Assembly (NCBI GenBank): GCA_013265495.1
Contig: MU057444.1
Coordinates: 21,959-75,857, forward strand
Length of the DNA stretch: 53,899 bases
Direction: 5' to 3'
Source: Vicugna vicugna
Lineage: Eukaryota
Below, piece after piece: positions 51,756 through 53,899 of the stretch. How positions within the stretch are numbered: the stretch's first letter is position 1; each line of letters starts with the position of its first letter. Position numbers and translations under genes: made by a program. Under the pieces are notes generated by a model. That model had not been told where the DNA came from, searched no databases, and saw only the letters and a program-made list of their open reading frames with translations.

Positions 51756-53899
51756 ATTTTTCCTTCTGCTTTTATTGAGATATAATTGACATAAGACATT
51801 GTGTAAGTTTAGGTGCAAAGGGTAGATATTTGAGTCACATATATAATGAAGTAAATATTATAGCAATTTTATGGAATATTCATTATCTCATTTAGATATA
51901 ATAATAAAGAATTACAATTTGTTTTTAGTTGTGTTGAGAAATCTTAGTGTCTTCTCTCTTAACAACATTCATATATAACATAAAGCAGAATTAATTGTAT
52001 TTATCATGTTAATATGTAGCATCCCTAGAACATGTTTTTTTAACGGCTGGAAGTTTGTATCTTTCGAGTTTATTAATCTAATTCTCCTTTCCCAACCCCT
52101 GCCTCTGTTAACTACAAATCTGTTTTTTTCTATAAGTATATTTGTTTGTTTTTGAAGTGTACTTTAATGTATAACACTGTGTTCGTGTCTCTTACATAAC
52201 ATAATGTTTGCAAATTTTAATACATTTCAAACTGATCACAAGAATAAATTTATTTATGACATGTTGCTATTTAAAGATATTTCATAGTTATTGACTATTC
52301 CCCATACAGTATATTTCTTGTTCCTGACTCATTTAATTTGCAACTGGAAAATATTCTCTCTTAATTTTCCTGAACTCTTTTTCTTCACCACATTTCCCTC
52401 CTTCTTGTAAACAACCTGTATCTATCTATGTCTATAACTCCTTTTCTGTTTTGTTATGTTAATTTGTTTTAAAATCAAAATACGTGTAAAATAATTTAGC
52501 ATTTGTCATTATCTGTGTGACTAATTTCAGTTAGCATTTTACCCTCTTGGTCTACCCATTTGTTGCAATTGAAAAAACTTAATACTTTTTAGAGCTGAGT
52601 AATAACCCAATGAAATTTTATGTATGTGTGTGTGCATACATATATATATATATAGTGTGCATAATATATATAGTGTGTATGCATATATATATTCAAATAT
52701 AGATAAATCTTCAGTTAATAGGTGGTTAAATATATATACTCTAAACAGACAATTTCTTTGTCCATCATATATTGATGAGCAATTAATTTGTTTCTATATC
52801 CTGGCTATTGTAAATAATGCCGCAGTGAGTATAGGGTTGAATTTATCTTTTCTGCTTAGTGTTTTTATTTTCTTGGAATAAGTATGCAGATATAGAAATG
52901 TTGGATCATATTTCATTTATTTTTAATTTTAAAACTCCATACTCTTTTCTACAGTGGCAGCACAAATTTACATTCATTCAATCAGTGCATCAGGGTTCTT
53001 TTTCTTACATCCTAACCAACATTTATATTTGTAATCTTTTTGATAATATTTATTCTGACAGGACTGACATAAAATCTTATTGTGTTTTGGACTTGCATTT
53101 TTCTGATGGTTAGTGATGTTAATCAATTTCATGTGCCTGTTGATTACCTTTCCACCACTGTATATTAATTTATTTGTAATGGGCTAAAGGAGCATAACTG
53201 TCTGATTTCATTTTTAGGCATTATGTTGTGTTCCATTATTCTGTTTGTTCTGTGCCACTACCATATTCATTACTGTAGCTTTGTATTATAGTTTAAAATC
53301 AGGCACAGTGATACTTTCTATTTGTTTTTGTCAAGTTGTTTGTGTTTTTAGTTTGTTTGTTTTCTTTTCTTTTCTTTTCTATTCTTTTTTAGTGATTTCA
53401 ACTCTTTTGTGTTTACATGAAAATTTAAGAATTATTTTTTGTAAGTGTCTGAAAATGCACTTTGTATTTTGATAGGCACTGAATTTAATTTGTATATTTT
53501 CTTGGCTAGTACTGTCATTTAAACAATATTTTTTCCTAATATATGAACACAGTATATCCATTCATCTATTTGCATTATCTTCAATTTCTGTTACAAATAT
53601 TTATACTTTTCTTATTACAGGACATTTAACTCCTTGGATGAATACATTTCTTGATTTTTTTTAATGCAACTGTAAGTGAGACAGTTACCTCACTTCCTCT
53701 ATCTGTAAGTTTGTTGTTAGTGTGTAGAAATGCAAGATTTCTGTATGTTAATTTTGCATTCTGAAATTTTACCAGATGCATTCATAAGCCCTAGTAGTCT
53801 TGTGGCGTCTTCTTTAGGATTTCTGTTTAACGTATTTCATCTGCAAACAGATATTTTTACTCCTTTTTTTGAAATAGCTATATTTTATTTACTTTTATT
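51756..53899 (-). mobile_element. Old L1 3' portion (paralogue of 17576-19676), runs off the window end
   Basis: 'tttattgagatataattgacat..gtaagtttaggtg' 3' end, colinear with copy A; (TG/TA)n tract at ~52620-52700. Confidence 0.88.

Larger units (their letters stand above)
34149..53899 (+). repeat. Segmental/tandem amplicon copy B (colinear with 1-19676)
   Basis: See copy A anchors; continuous colinear similarity to the window end. Confidence 0.97.

Noticed and set aside
1..53899. Prokaryotic-type systems (CRISPR, operons, defence islands), tRNA or rRNA genes
   Set aside because: The sequence is mammalian. No regularly spaced repeats or structured RNA genes were seen, and the only tRNA-like piece is a truncated SINE.

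Overview
This is AT-rich, CpG-poor, LINE-1-dense mammalian DNA, most consistent with a camelid (alpaca/camel) Y chromosome. The basis is an HSFY gene plus L1 and SINE ends resembling camelid repeats as I recall them; no search was run. The window holds about 1.6 units of a ~34.2-kb direct tandem amplicon (1-~19,676 repeats at ~34,149-53,899, roughly 85-94% identical in hand-aligned samples). Each unit carries one two-exon HSFY gene (Y-linked heat shock transcription factor). Copy A (12,550-14,219) is a clear pseudogene with a W97 stop, a 1-nt deletion and a 5-nt deletion. Copy B (46,716-48,394) is colinear and full length (401 codons) except for one in-frame TAG at the second codon of exon 2. 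That TAG is also a possible alternative splice acceptor, which would restore a 399-aa ORF. The rest is nested L1 fragments, one near-full-length decayed L1, solo LTRs, a SINE remnant, microsatellites and five assembly gaps. I see no convincing new biological system. The most interesting signals are the stop/acceptor dual-use site, the uneven and transversion-rich divergence between copies, and an RFX+CRE promoter module.
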